Source of the DNA: a virus
Taxonomy: Duplodnaviria; Heunggongvirae; Uroviricota; Caudoviricetes
Virus record (IMG/VR): IMGVR_UViG_3300028559_000005
Strand: one strand, 5' to 3'
Length of the DNA stretch: 64,000 bases
Shown in pieces: positions 46,683 to 54,755 of the stretch. Position numbers and translations under genes: made by a program. The notes under the pieces were generated by a model that was not told the DNA's origin, made no database searches, and saw only the letters and a program-made list of their open reading frames with translations. How positions within the stretch are numbered: position 1 is the first letter of the stretch; each line of letters opens with the position of its first letter.

Positions 46683-46711
46683 ATTATAGCATATACAGGA
46701 TTATTGGTCAA
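46683..46711 (-). promoter_or_regulatory. sigma70-type promoter
   Basis: TTGACC-17-TATAAT. Confidence 0.75.
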
Positions 46712-46725
46712 GTAGTACTAGAGTA

Positions 46726-47034
46726 TTACCTGAACAGCAGCAGGGCCATGAGCACAGCTTGCACAATAAAGCCCAGGCCAATTGTGATGATGTTGAGCAT
46801 GTCTTTGAGCACCACAGCACGTAGGAACATCAGTACCAGGCCTGCCCACATAAACAATACCATATCCAGCTGTGGGGCACGGTCGCTGAGTCCAGACATT
46901 AGAGCCAACAAGGTGGGAATGGTAGCAGCGTGAATCACAATCACTGAAAGCCAACCCAGGGTCTCTGCTGAGATTTTTCCAAAGTGTTCAACAAAGAAGT
47001 TTCGAACTGCGGGCACAATGTTGTTGATGTTCAT
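46726..47034 (-). CDS. Small integral membrane protein
   Basis: Three hydrophobic segments; ATGA coupling to the hydrolase gene. Confidence 0.65.
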   Translation of the reverse strand: MNINNIVPAVRNFFVEHFGKISAETLGWLSVIVIHAATIPTLLALMSGLSDRAPQLDMVLFMWAGLVLMFLRAVVLKDMLNIITIGLGFIVQAVLMALLLFR

Positions 47035-47609
47035 GAGCGGTCTCCGTAAAAAATATGACGTCCAATTTTTTCAATCCGGGGCAGTTTCCACCCCGGGCTA
47101 ACATAGTCAGCATGATAGTAAAGTGCATCTTCTAGACCAGGCAATCTAAATCCTTCCAGCAACACTTTTTTGGCCACAATCTCTGATTCATTCCACAAGG
47201 GTTTGTTAATTGCACGAGTGGTATGGTTGCCTTCGCAGTACCAGCTAAACTGACAAACTACTTTTTCGTAGAATACATTTTTCTGATACACTACCCCGCA
47301 AACAGAATCGGGAAATTTTCCAGACTCCATTCGATTCAGGGTAACCTGCGCCACACCAACTTTGCCTTCAAACGGCTCACTGGCCGCCTCCCAGTAAATG
47401 TTGCGTGTCAAACATTCTAGCTCTTTGGTTCTTTGAGCTGCTGACACATAATTGTCAGACATGTTGTTGTTTGCTTGTCGTAGGTAATCGAGTTTTGTAG
47501 TGCTAGTCACAAACACAGCAGCCAACACCACCCATAGTCCAAAGACTTTTAGTAGGCGTGAGCTCCAGGTTGCAACTTGCAAAGTGGTTGAGGTTACATT
47601 TGCGTTCAT
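47031..47609 (-). CDS. SleB/Hydrolase_2-family cell wall hydrolase
   Basis: CLTRNIYWEAASE...VAQVTLNR...CQFSWYC...ALYYHADYV.P.W...IGRHIFY. Confidence 0.9.
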   Translation of the reverse strand: MNANVTSTTLQVATWSSRLLKVFGLWVVLAAVFVTSTTKLDYLRQANNNMSDNYVSAAQRTKELECLTRNIYWEAASEPFEGKVGVAQVTLNRMESGKFPDSVCGVVYQKNVFYEKVVCQFSWYCEGNHTTRAINKPLWNESEIVAKKVLLEGFRLPGLEDALYYHADYVSPGWKLPRIEKIGRHIFYGDRS

Positions 47610-47703
47610 AGGCTGTTACTTAGTAGGTAGTACCACATTGTGAAGCATAGCCCCACAAAATGGTACGTTTTGGCCAATAAGTGGGTAGTTATCCCACAAT
47701 AGT

Positions 47704-47732
47704 ATTATAGCACAGTTTGACTTATTGGTCAA
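47704..47732 (-). promoter_or_regulatory. sigma70-type promoter
   Basis: TTGACC-17-TATAAT overlapping the nadE stop. Confidence 0.7.
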
Positions 47733-48522
47733 ACTTGCAAACCGGGATTGGTTGCATTTTGTGCATGTTTTTAGCACGAAGCTCTTGATAACGTTTTAGC
47801 TTTTTGCGATCGTCTGCTGACAGCTTGGTACTGCCGGGCATGTCCGAGTCCACCGCCTTGACAAGTTTTAAGAAGTCCAAGGCCATCATGCGTTCTAGAT
47901 CAGGGTAAGTCATGCCAATCTGATCTTCATCTGTACGACCATCTGCCCAAAGTCCATCAGTAGGAGCAGCATCGATGATCTCCGGTGCTACGCCAAGTTC
48001 GCGACCCATGTCCCATACATGTGTTTTGAGACAGTCGCCAATGGGACTGAGGTCTACTCCACCGTCACCATATTTAGTAAAGAATCCCACTCCAAAATCC
48101 TCTACACGGTTACCTGTACCTACCACAATACCCTTCATGCTTTGTGCAATCTGATACAAAGTCATCATGCGCAATCTGGCTCTACTGTTGGCATACGCCA
48201 GTTCATTGTATACACCATCTGCTGTGGCTTTTTCAAACTGTTTAAATGCAGCAGTAAGATCAATATTTTTGTGCAGCACAGTGTTGGGGAATTTCTCTAA
48301 CAGCCAGGCTCCATGTGCCATGCTTAGACTGTGAGTGGCCTTGCTTTGACAAATGGGCATGCTCACCGCATGTACATTTAGTCCGGTCATAGCACACAAG
48401 GTACTGACCACAGCAGAATCAATTCCGCCAGAGATTCCTATCACTAATGTGTCAATTTTGGCACTTCGGGCATATGCACGAATCCACTTGACAATTGTGT
48501 TGATACGTTGTTTTGGGGTCAT
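47722..48522 (-). CDS. nadE: NH3-dependent NAD+ synthetase
   Basis: GISGGIDSAV, NSRARLRM, VGTGN..E...GFFTKYGDGG, PTDGLW...TDE. Start moved to the ATGA overlap at 48522. Confidence 0.95.
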   Translation of the reverse strand: MTPKQRINTIVKWIRAYARSAKIDTLVIGISGGIDSAVVSTLCAMTGLNVHAVSMPICQSKATHSLSMAHGAWLLEKFPNTVLHKNIDLTAAFKQFEKATADGVYNELAYANSRARLRMMTLYQIAQSMKGIVVGTGNRVEDFGVGFFTKYGDGGVDLSPIGDCLKTHVWDMGRELGVAPEIIDAAPTDGLWADGRTDEDQIGMTYPDLERMMALDFLKLVKAVDSDMPGSTKLSADDRKKLKRYQELRAKNMHKMQPIPVCKFDQ

Positions 48523-49106
48523 AGTGTTGGCGGTTGCATTTTCTTGAGTGCTTCCCACATCTGACTTTTCTCTTGGCATTTCTTTTCCAGTTTTCTATAT
48601 CGTTCGCCAAGTCGGCGTAGATCATCCCATTCTTTTTCCATGTCAGGATTAGGTGTGAGAATGTTGAGTCTTTGTTCTATCTTGTCCATCCAGGCACTCA
48701 TGCTTTTGCCATTGATCTCAATGTCGGCGGTTTGGCCCTTTAGACTCATTTTGCCGCTTTGATCAATGTTTGCTAAAGAAATATTACCCGGACTCCATGA
48801 GGTTGCCCCAGTGGCATTGGTGGTATAGATGTACGGTCCTACAGTACCAGAGGAGAGTCCTACAGTACCAGAGGAGAGTCCTACAGTACCAGAGGAGAGT
48901 GATCCTGTAGCACCAGTAACTTGCATATCACTAGCACTATACCCTACATCCATTGATCCAGTGACTTTACTAGTAGTCCATGGATATGCATTGGCATTTT
49001 GAATTGTTTGATCGACTTGGTCTTGTGTTAGGATGTCAACAGAGTTCCAGATCTCGCGAATGTCGCGGAGGTTTTCAAGATCCAATGATGATAACTTGTG
49101 ACTCAT
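48519..49106 (-). CDS. Hypothetical protein with Ser/Gly/Thr-rich linker and C-terminal coiled coil
   Basis: 195-aa ORF. Confidence 0.6.
   Translation of the reverse strand: MSHKLSSLDLENLRDIREIWNSVDILTQDQVDQTIQNANAYPWTTSKVTGSMDVGYSASDMQVTGATGSLSSGTVGLSSGTVGLSSGTVGPYIYTTNATGATSWSPGNISLANIDQSGKMSLKGQTADIEINGKSMSAWMDKIEQRLNILTPNPDMEKEWDDLRRLGERYRKLEKKCQEKSQMWEALKKMQPPTL
48836..48900. repeat. 21-bp tandem repeat, three copies (LSSGTVG)
   Basis: gtcctacagtaccagaggaga at 48836, 48857 and 48878. Confidence 0.95.
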
Positions 49107-49108
49107 GA

Positions 49109-49297
49109 TTATGCCTTGGCAGACAATGCTTCTTTTTCGGCAGTGATTTCTTTACGGCGTTCTTTGATGCCCTTGCTCATTTCCTGCAAGGCCTTGCGAG
49201 CGCGAGCTGCTGCGGCTTTTACACCTTTGGCTGTGAATTTTTCATTCTCTGCAATATAAGTTTGGTACGCGGCGACGATTTGGTCGTGATTGGTCAT
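49109..49297 (-). CDS. Histone-H1-like Hc1-family small basic protein
   Basis: ENEKF..KGVKAAAARARKALQEM.K.IKE.RKEI. Start moved to MTNHD. Confidence 0.7.
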   Translation of the reverse strand: MTNHDQIVAAYQTYIAENEKFTAKGVKAAAARARKALQEMSKGIKERRKEITAEKEALSAKA

Positions 49298-49374
49298 GAT
49301 ATTTGTTCCTTTGTTAATGACTGGATGTTGTGTCCATGTCAATAGTATATACTCTTGTTGACCGGAAGTCAATA

Positions 49375-49590
49375 TTATTCTATTATAATATGGCGACGTT
49401 CCCATGAATCCCATATCACCGTGAGCTTCCAATCACCAGACCAACTTAATTGGAATAGTTCCAACGCCCTATAGTCAGGCAAGTGCAAGCGATTGTCTTG
49501 TATGCGAGCACGACCTCTAGGATTGTTTTTGATCCAGGACTTGAATTTAGCATCCGGCTCCTGGCCGCGATATAGTATTATGTATTGCAC
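49375..49590 (-). CDS. Hypothetical protein
   Basis: 71-aa ORF with a GTG start. Confidence 0.45.
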   Translation of the reverse strand: MQYIILYRGQEPDAKFKSWIKNNPRGRARIQDNRLHLPDYRALELFQLSWSGDWKLTVIWDSWERRHIIIE

Positions 49591-49634
49591 AGAATTAGCA
49601 TGAACTTGTGTTCATGAAATATTTATCCAAAAGG

Positions 49635-49655
49635 AAAGGCCCTGTACGGGCCTTT
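49635..49655 (-). terminator. Rho-independent terminator
   Basis: AAAGGCCC-gtaca-GGGCCTTT followed by CCTTTT on the minus strand, downstream of 49678..50025. Confidence 0.7.
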
Positions 49656-49677
49656 GGCGTGCGGAAGTTGCAGTTGA

Positions 49678-50025
49678 TTATACCGCTACCTTGTCACCAT
49701 TGAGAGTGGTTTCAGTAGAAGTTGGCACTGCCACGGTCTTCACAGCCTTGACTTTGATTTCGCCCTTCTTGGCGATTTTGCTCTTTTCAGAGATCTTATT
49801 AGCCACAGCAAAGCCAGCGTCGCCTGCTGTGATACCCAGACTCTGCAAGTGTTGCAGAGCTTCCAGCTTGGTCATTGCCCTGGGCAGTTCAACCAAGTTG
49901 ATATCGGTGCAGTTGTTTTTGTTGAGAATCTTGATACGTGCTACCAAGTCGTTTGCAAAGCGGACCTTAACAGTGCCATCGGCATTGGTTGCAGTTCCTG
50001 CTACGGTAAAAGTTTTTTCAGTCAT
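49678..50025 (-). CDS. Hypothetical protein
   Basis: 115-aa ORF with its own promoter (TTGACA-17-TATACT near 50080-50108) and terminator. Confidence 0.65.
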   Translation of the reverse strand: MTEKTFTVAGTATNADGTVKVRFANDLVARIKILNKNNCTDINLVELPRAMTKLEALQHLQSLGITAGDAGFAVANKISEKSKIAKKGEIKVKAVKTVAVPTSTETTLNGDKVAV

Positions 50026-50136
50026 GATTTAAGTTGCCTTTTGAGTTGATTTAAATGCTGTTCCGCACAGCTGACCTAAGTATAACACAGAGATTGGTCA
50101 ATGTCAATCTTTTTGTTACATTAGATTGGGGATGAT

Positions 50137-50394
50137 TCACTTGGAACCAGTATTGGTGATTTGGCCTGTTTGCAGCATGCTTTCGAATGTGTCAAACAGT
50201 GTTTCAAATTTGCGATGATACACCGTGGCCAGAGCAGTAAACTCATTGCCCAGTGCTCCTTGATCAGCAAACAGCTTGACATCATCTACCATGCTCCAAC
50301 ATTGCAGGATTTGCTGTTCCAGATCAAAACGATCTACTTGAGTTGTTGGAACTATAGTCACGGATTCCGTGGATTTGTTTTTGCCTTTTTTCAT
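50137..50394 (-). CDS. Hypothetical protein
   Basis: 85-aa ORF (DRFDLEQQILQCW). Confidence 0.6.
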   Translation of the reverse strand: MKKGKNKSTESVTIVPTTQVDRFDLEQQILQCWSMVDDVKLFADQGALGNEFTALATVYHRKFETLFDTFESMLQTGQITNTGSK

Positions 50395-50678
50395 TCTTCA
50401 ACTCCAGATTTCTTTTTTGCTAATTCTTGTTCGCATTGAGTAATTGCGGCGTCAAGCATAGCAGTTGTAATTTCTTTGGGATTCATTCCAAAATGCAGTT
50501 TAATTAACTCTACACCCTGCCCGCGACTAATCATGTCACGCAACATGGGATTCAATGCTATGCAACATTCCCGCACAATCAACTCGGCAAATTTTTCAGC
50601 GTGATCAACACCCATCCATTTACCGCTGGTATCTGTTCCGGCCTGCTGCATCAGTTCTCGAATTCGTTCGTTCATCAT
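50391..50678 (-). CDS. MNERI/EKFAELIV family paralog
   Basis: MNERIREL...EKFAELIVREC...GVEE. Confidence 0.7.
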   Translation of the reverse strand: MMNERIRELMQQAGTDTSGKWMGVDHAEKFAELIVRECCIALNPMLRDMISRGQGVELIKLHFGMNPKEITTAMLDAAITQCEQELAKKKSGVEE

Positions 50679-50914
50679 TCAACTCCGAAATGTTCTTTAA
50701 TCTCGTCCCTAATCTCTTTCAACGCATCATAAGTCCATTCGCAGGCCATTTCACCTGCGGCACTATTGCCAACTGGAATACGATATGTTTCAATCTTGTC
50801 AATACATTCCCGCACAATCAACTCGGCGAACTTTTCCTTACTGAAGACGAGTTCTCCATCGTATTCCACAAGACTTTGTGCGGCAAACCGTTCTAACATA
50901 GGTATTTTATTCAT
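50675..50914 (-). CDS. EKFAELIV family paralog
   Basis: EKFAELIVREC...HFGVE; start moved to the ATGA overlap at 50914. Confidence 0.7.
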   Translation of the reverse strand: MNKIPMLERFAAQSLVEYDGELVFSKEKFAELIVRECIDKIETYRIPVGNSAAGEMACEWTYDALKEIRDEIKEHFGVE

Positions 50915-51069
50915 AGTCCTACTTGCTTTCCAAATAAACAATAAACTTCGAACCACTTGGTAGGAGGATTCTCAATGAAATATGGATTCACACGGAATGT
51001 GATTTCCCAGTCTCTTGACCACTGAAAGTGTCGTGTTCCAAATCTAATATTAAACCAAAGATTGCTCAT
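50911..51069 (-). CDS. 52-aa Trp-rich hypothetical protein (below the track cutoff)
   Basis: MSNLWFNIRFGTRHFQW...VYCLFGKQVGL*; ATGA overlaps at both ends. Confidence 0.6.
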   Translation of the reverse strand: MSNLWFNIRFGTRHFQWSRDWEITFRVNPYFIENPPTKWFEVYCLFGKQVGL

Positions 51070-51377
51070 ACATTCCCCAATCCTATTCTACTATAACCCA
51101 ACCGGCTCTTGATATCTTTACGGTCTTTGTTCTTCTCTGGTTTCCACGCTCTGGGATCAACTGTAGCACCTGTGAGTTCATATCTAAAATCTGGGTCATA
51201 AACCATATAGCCCAGTTTGTTCCATTTGATTGCTCCATCGTCAAACAAAAAGATACAACCACGACACATACAGAAACTGGCACCACGATCACTCATGACA
51301 TTGCCATTGACGGTGCCCACATACTTGACAACATTACCCTTGTGCATTTCTCTCAGGGCTTCCGAATAATCAATCAT
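51066..51377 (-). CDS. Hypothetical protein
   Basis: 103-aa ORF, translationally coupled. Confidence 0.6.
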   Translation of the reverse strand: MIDYSEALREMHKGNVVKYVGTVNGNVMSDRGASFCMCRGCIFLFDDGAIKWNKLGYMVYDPDFRYELTGATVDPRAWKPEKNKDRKDIKSRLGYSRIGLGNV

Positions 51378-51601
51378 TCTTCAACTCCAAAATGTTGTTT
51401 TAGATTGGCAATAATAAAACTTTTAGATAAAATTAGTGTGCCTTCTTCGGTGGCAGGCGAGCCATCAATCCAACTTACACATTCCTGAACAATCAACTCG
51501 GCGAACTTTTCAACATCAAACTTGTTACCAATATAACAACCAGTTTCATCATAACAACGAGGTGTTGCTAACTTCTCCAGTTCTTTAATTCGTTCGTTCA
51601 T
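51374..51601 (-). CDS. MNERI/EKFAELIV family paralog
   Basis: MNERIKEL...EKFAELIVQEC...HFGVEE. Confidence 0.7.
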   Translation of the reverse strand: MNERIKELEKLATPRCYDETGCYIGNKFDVEKFAELIVQECVSWIDGSPATEEGTLILSKSFIIANLKQHFGVEE

Positions 51602-51699
51602 TTTGCCATGATCCTTGCCAACACTTCACGAGCCGCAGACAGGTCTTCTACTGGCCAAGTTGAATAAGATTGTGTCCAAGCAACGGAATACATTTTCAT
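51598..51699 (-). CDS. 33-aa hypothetical protein (below the track cutoff)
   Basis: MKMYSVAWTQSYSTWPVEDLSAAREVLARIMAK*; SD GGAGG; ATGA overlap. Confidence 0.5.
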   Translation of the reverse strand: MKMYSVAWTQSYSTWPVEDLSAAREVLARIMAK

Positions 51700-51700
51700 T

Positions 51701-52129
51701 TTAGGCCTCCAAGGCATAGGGCTTGTCCCATGTGCCAATGTTGATGTCAATGTAGTGTGAGCGATGAAAGTAATCAGTTTGGGCGTCGTCTTTGTTGAAG
51801 AAGTCCGGACCTTCCATAGCAGCCTTCATCTCGGTAAGAAACGCTCGGGCCTTGCCGCTGTAGTGTTCATGGATCCAATAAGTGTTCACGTCCAGGCTAC
51901 GATTCTTGCGGATGTAAGCCACTTGGTCCTCGCTCATCTTGTTACCGTAGTTCTTGGCAGCATCGGTTTGGATGTAGTTTTCAACAAAGTCAATGCTGCC
52001 TTGACGCACATTCAGCACCAGTGTTGAGTGATTGCGAACTGCAATACTTGCCTTGATGCCGTACTTTTTGCAAATTGCCTTGATAGTAGGGGCCAGTTTT
52101 GCTTTCATGTCCTGGGATACGTATGCCAT
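51701..52129 (-). CDS. Hypothetical early protein
   Basis: 142-aa ORF behind a perfect promoter and SD AGGAG. Confidence 0.7.
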   Translation of the reverse strand: MAYVSQDMKAKLAPTIKAICKKYGIKASIAVRNHSTLVLNVRQGSIDFVENYIQTDAAKNYGNKMSEDQVAYIRKNRSLDVNTYWIHEHYSGKARAFLTEMKAAMEGPDFFNKDDAQTDYFHRSHYIDINIGTWDKPYALEA

Positions 52130-52135
52130 CTTTCA

Positions 52136-52191
52136 CTCCTGTTTGTTGCTGTCTATGTGTATATTATAGCAAATTGAGAAATTCTGGTCAA
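52136..52191 (-). promoter_or_regulatory. Early promoter/leader module, copy 1
   Basis: TTGACC-17-TATAAT-atacacatagacagcaacaaacaggag. Confidence 0.85.
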
Positions 52192-52233
52192 CCGTTTTTG
52201 CTACACAAAAAGTAGTACTAAAAAGTATTACTT

Positions 52234-52473
52234 TTAGGCCATGTTGAGTTGAACTTGCAGACCTTCCCAAGTGCCGCCAAGGCCTGTGGAACACATCTCA
52301 ACACCGTCACCTGAACGGTATGCTTCGAGTGCATTCAGAGCCTTTTGAGTAGCGGCATTACAGTTCACAAAGTCACCGACACCGTTGCGAATCTGTTTAG
52401 CGGTGGCATAGAAACATGCATCACCAACAATCACGCGGAATTTTTGGCTGGTCCTAAAACGCTTCATGTTCAT
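52234..52473 (-). CDS. Hypothetical early protein
   Basis: 79-aa ORF behind a repeated promoter. Confidence 0.65.
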   Translation of the reverse strand: MNMKRFRTSQKFRVIVGDACFYATAKQIRNGVGDFVNCNAATQKALNALEAYRSGDGVEMCSTGLGGTWEGLQVQLNMA

Positions 52474-52478
52474 TTGGA

Positions 52479-52536
52479 GCTCCTGTTTGTTGCTGTCTAT
52501 GTGTATATTATAGCAAATTGGGAATTATCGGGCAAC
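52479..52536 (-). promoter_or_regulatory. Early promoter/leader module, copy 2
   Basis: TTGCCC-17-TATAAT with an identical leader, atacacatagacagcaacaaacaggag. Confidence 0.8.
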
Positions 52537-52558
52537 CGAAATTTGTAATACTCAAGTA

Positions 52559-53041
52559 TTACATCGACCAATAAGATTCTGACGCAGGGTTGCACGACCA
52601 GGGAGTGTCACGGTCAATTTCAATGTCCTGGCCAGTCATCAGGTTTTTAACTGTTTTCATTGTGGGAAAGAACTCAATGCGGAAGCCTTTGCTCACAGGC
52701 CAAAGTTCATATTGCAGTTCACGGACTTCACGCTTCATTTCAGCTTCATCGCGATTGCGCCATACAGTAGTCGAAACCAATCGCTCACCACTCTTGGTGC
52801 GACGATCTGTTTTGTAAATGTACACGGTGTGATCTTGCTTGCTCATGAGATTCTTGCGAGTGACCATGCGCGGTTGATAAGTTTTGGTATCAACAATGTC
52901 CAGCTCGTCAATGCTCCAACCTGCTTTATTGCAAAGACGAGTACGAGTGGCGCGAGCGGCACCAAAAGTCTTGTATGCACGGGTTCTGTGGGGACCGTCT
53001 GTAACAATGTGCCCGGTACCTTTTGCGACAATGTAAAACAT
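52559..53041 (-). CDS. Hypothetical early protein (two small domains)
   Basis: 160-aa ORF; the MKTVKNLMTGQDIEI..DTPWSC.PASESYWSM end echoes an internal MVTRKNLMS. Confidence 0.65.
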   Translation of the reverse strand: MFYIVAKGTGHIVTDGPHRTRAYKTFGAARATRTRLCNKAGWSIDELDIVDTKTYQPRMVTRKNLMSKQDHTVYIYKTDRRTKSGERLVSTTVWRNRDEAEMKREVRELQYELWPVSKGFRIEFFPTMKTVKNLMTGQDIEIDRDTPWSCNPASESYWSM

Positions 53042-53058
53042 TCTAGCTCCTTTGTTGC

Positions 53059-53200
53059 TGTCTATGTGTATATTATAGCCGATCTAGCAATTCCGGTCTA
53101 CCGTTTTACACCATATTTTTACAAAAAAGAACTAGATTTTTGTGGGATTTTTGCAACAAAATTTTGTTGTTTTTTTGCAACATTATCCAGTTCTGCTTCA
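53059..53200. repeat. About 140-bp direct repeat, copy A, containing early promoter copy 3
   Basis: About 90% identical by eye to 53672-53813; TAGACC-17-TATAAT on the minus strand. Confidence 0.9.
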
Positions 53201-53252
53201 TATCGATCTCCTTTGTTGCCATGGGTGTCTATAGCGCCCGTCGGCACCCTTG

Positions 53253-53657
53253 TCACGCCGCTCTGTAGTGTCTCCAGCTGTCGTGGTCGCCCGAGCGCTT
53301 GCCTTTTTCCTTGTGGCATACACTGCATAACTCTTGTAGATTCGCAGTGCGGTTGTCTGTGTTGTTGCCGTTCTTGTGATCTACTTCTGTGCTGAGTTTA
53401 AAGCCGGTGCTCTTTACCAGAGCCCAATTTATCACACAGGGGAACCCCAATCGGCTCTTGGTGTTGCTGCAACGATTCTTCTTAAATCGCGTGACACCTG
53501 GCGCCAAGGGATAGTCCATGTAGCTGTTCTTGTGGCAAGTGCCGCAGAACACTCGGTACCGCACGCCTTCTTTACCCACTTTGCCACGCATGGGAACGCA
53601 AAAACTGCCACAGCCTAGATTGATACAAACGGGTCTAAAATGCAATACTTTTCCCAC
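53253..53657 (-). CDS. HNH endonuclease with Cys-rich zinc-binding elements
   Basis: C..LGC, FCGTCH, TEVDHKNGNNTDNRTANLQELCSVCH. Confidence 0.85.
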   Translation of the reverse strand: MGKVLHFRPVCINLGCGSFCVPMRGKVGKEGVRYRVFCGTCHKNSYMDYPLAPGVTRFKKNRCSNTKSRLGFPCVINWALVKSTGFKLSTEVDHKNGNNTDNRTANLQELCSVCHKEKGKRSGDHDSWRHYRAA

Positions 53658-53671
53658 AATGTGCTCCTTAG

Positions 53672-53813
53672 TGTCTATGTGTGTATTGTAGCCAATCTAG
53701 CAATTCTGGTCTACCGTTTTACATCATATTTTTTCAAAAAAGAACTAGATTTTTGTGGTATTTTTGCAACGAAATCTTGTTGTTTTTTTGCAACATTATC
53801 TAGTGCAGCTTCA
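53672..53813. repeat. About 140-bp direct repeat, copy B, containing early promoter copy 4 and overlapping the 3' end of the GGCT gene
   Basis: See copy A; the -10 variant is TACAAT. Confidence 0.9.
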
Positions 53814-54193
53814 ATTTGATCCCAGGGCACACCGTGTTCCTTATACCCTTCTGATAGCATATTCAAGTATTCTTGACTGGGATAACCATCAGGATTATCG
53901 GGCTGCATACGGTAACATTCTGCCATCACAATATTGCCTTGATATTGCACAGGCAATATGTCACGGCCGTAATAATACGGATATCCTTCCAGCTGATCCA
54001 ACGATTTCAAATGATCCGTATCAATCAGCCACAGCACACCATCAACTGAAGAGTCAGCTGGCACTACATCAGCATGTCGCGCAAATCTAAACTCATGATC
54101 CAGCAGGGTGGCTGCACCCATGCTGATGGCACCAGGACAACGATGAGCCATCTGGGCGGTGTTTGTGTTCATGCCATATGCAAAATAAAACAT
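53711..54193 (-). CDS. Gamma-glutamylcyclotransferase (AIG2-like) family protein
   Basis: YFAYGMN, VDGVLW, LDQLEGYP..Y.R. Confidence 0.85.
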   Translation of the reverse strand: MFYFAYGMNTNTAQMAHRCPGAISMGAATLLDHEFRFARHADVVPADSSVDGVLWLIDTDHLKSLDQLEGYPYYYGRDILPVQYQGNIVMAECYRMQPDNPDGYPSQEYLNMLSEGYKEHGVPWDQIEAALDNVAKKQQDFVAKIPQKSSSFLKKYDVKR

Positions 54194-54753
54194 CAGTCGA
54201 TAATCAAGTGTTTAAAATAGTCAAAGTGGCGTTCCAGTGTCCAAGTGTTTGGATCAACTGAAACTCCGTCATGGGTTTCAAATGTGGCCTCAAATACCTG
54301 ACTGTAACGTCGGAATGGCAACCACATGTCCGGAGTGGCACTGGCCCACCCTGCATCTTTGAGTTGGACATGTTTTGCACGGCTCAACTTTACTGTAGGG
54401 GCATTCAGTGCCTGTTCAACTGTGATTGCCCCTGCCAGCAACAAATCTCGAATACGTTTTAGCGGAATTAAATGTTCAAAGTCTGTTTCTGTATCAGCAC
54501 CTTGTTCGTGATAATGTGCAGCCATGTTGTCACGTTGTTTGATACAATACTCGTGATAACGACGAATTTGTTCATCAATATCAGTACGGATTTCTCGCAA
54601 CAGTTGTTGATCATTTTCCACAGCACGATATTCGTCGATGAATCGAGCCAGTTGTGTGTTACAGCGTGTTGCTACTGTTTTGTAAGTTTCCGCAGTGCGT
54701 TTGGTCTTACTATACACTGGTGCTGTGAATTTTTCAAGAGATTCTTTAAGCAT
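54193..54753 (-). CDS. Hypothetical protein with HNH-like EHxxP motif
   Basis: TDFEHLIP; TGATG coupling. Confidence 0.45.
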   Translation of the reverse strand: MLKESLEKFTAPVYSKTKRTAETYKTVATRCNTQLARFIDEYRAVENDQQLLREIRTDIDEQIRRYHEYCIKQRDNMAAHYHEQGADTETDFEHLIPLKRIRDLLLAGAITVEQALNAPTVKLSRAKHVQLKDAGWASATPDMWLPFRRYSQVFEATFETHDGVSVDPNTWTLERHFDYFKHLIID

Positions 54754-54755
54754 GA

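Noticed and set aside
47722-49432. Longer N-termini given in the ORF track (for example nadE from 48579 and the Hc1-like gene from 49432)
   Set aside because: The extensions overlap upstream genes or promoters. ATGA-coupled or promoter-proximal downstream starts fit better.
52136-53813. CRISPR-like array from recurring gtctatgtgtatattatagc
   Set aside because: The spacing is 340-610 bp and contains whole genes. The repeat is a -10 box plus leader, and no cas genes are present.
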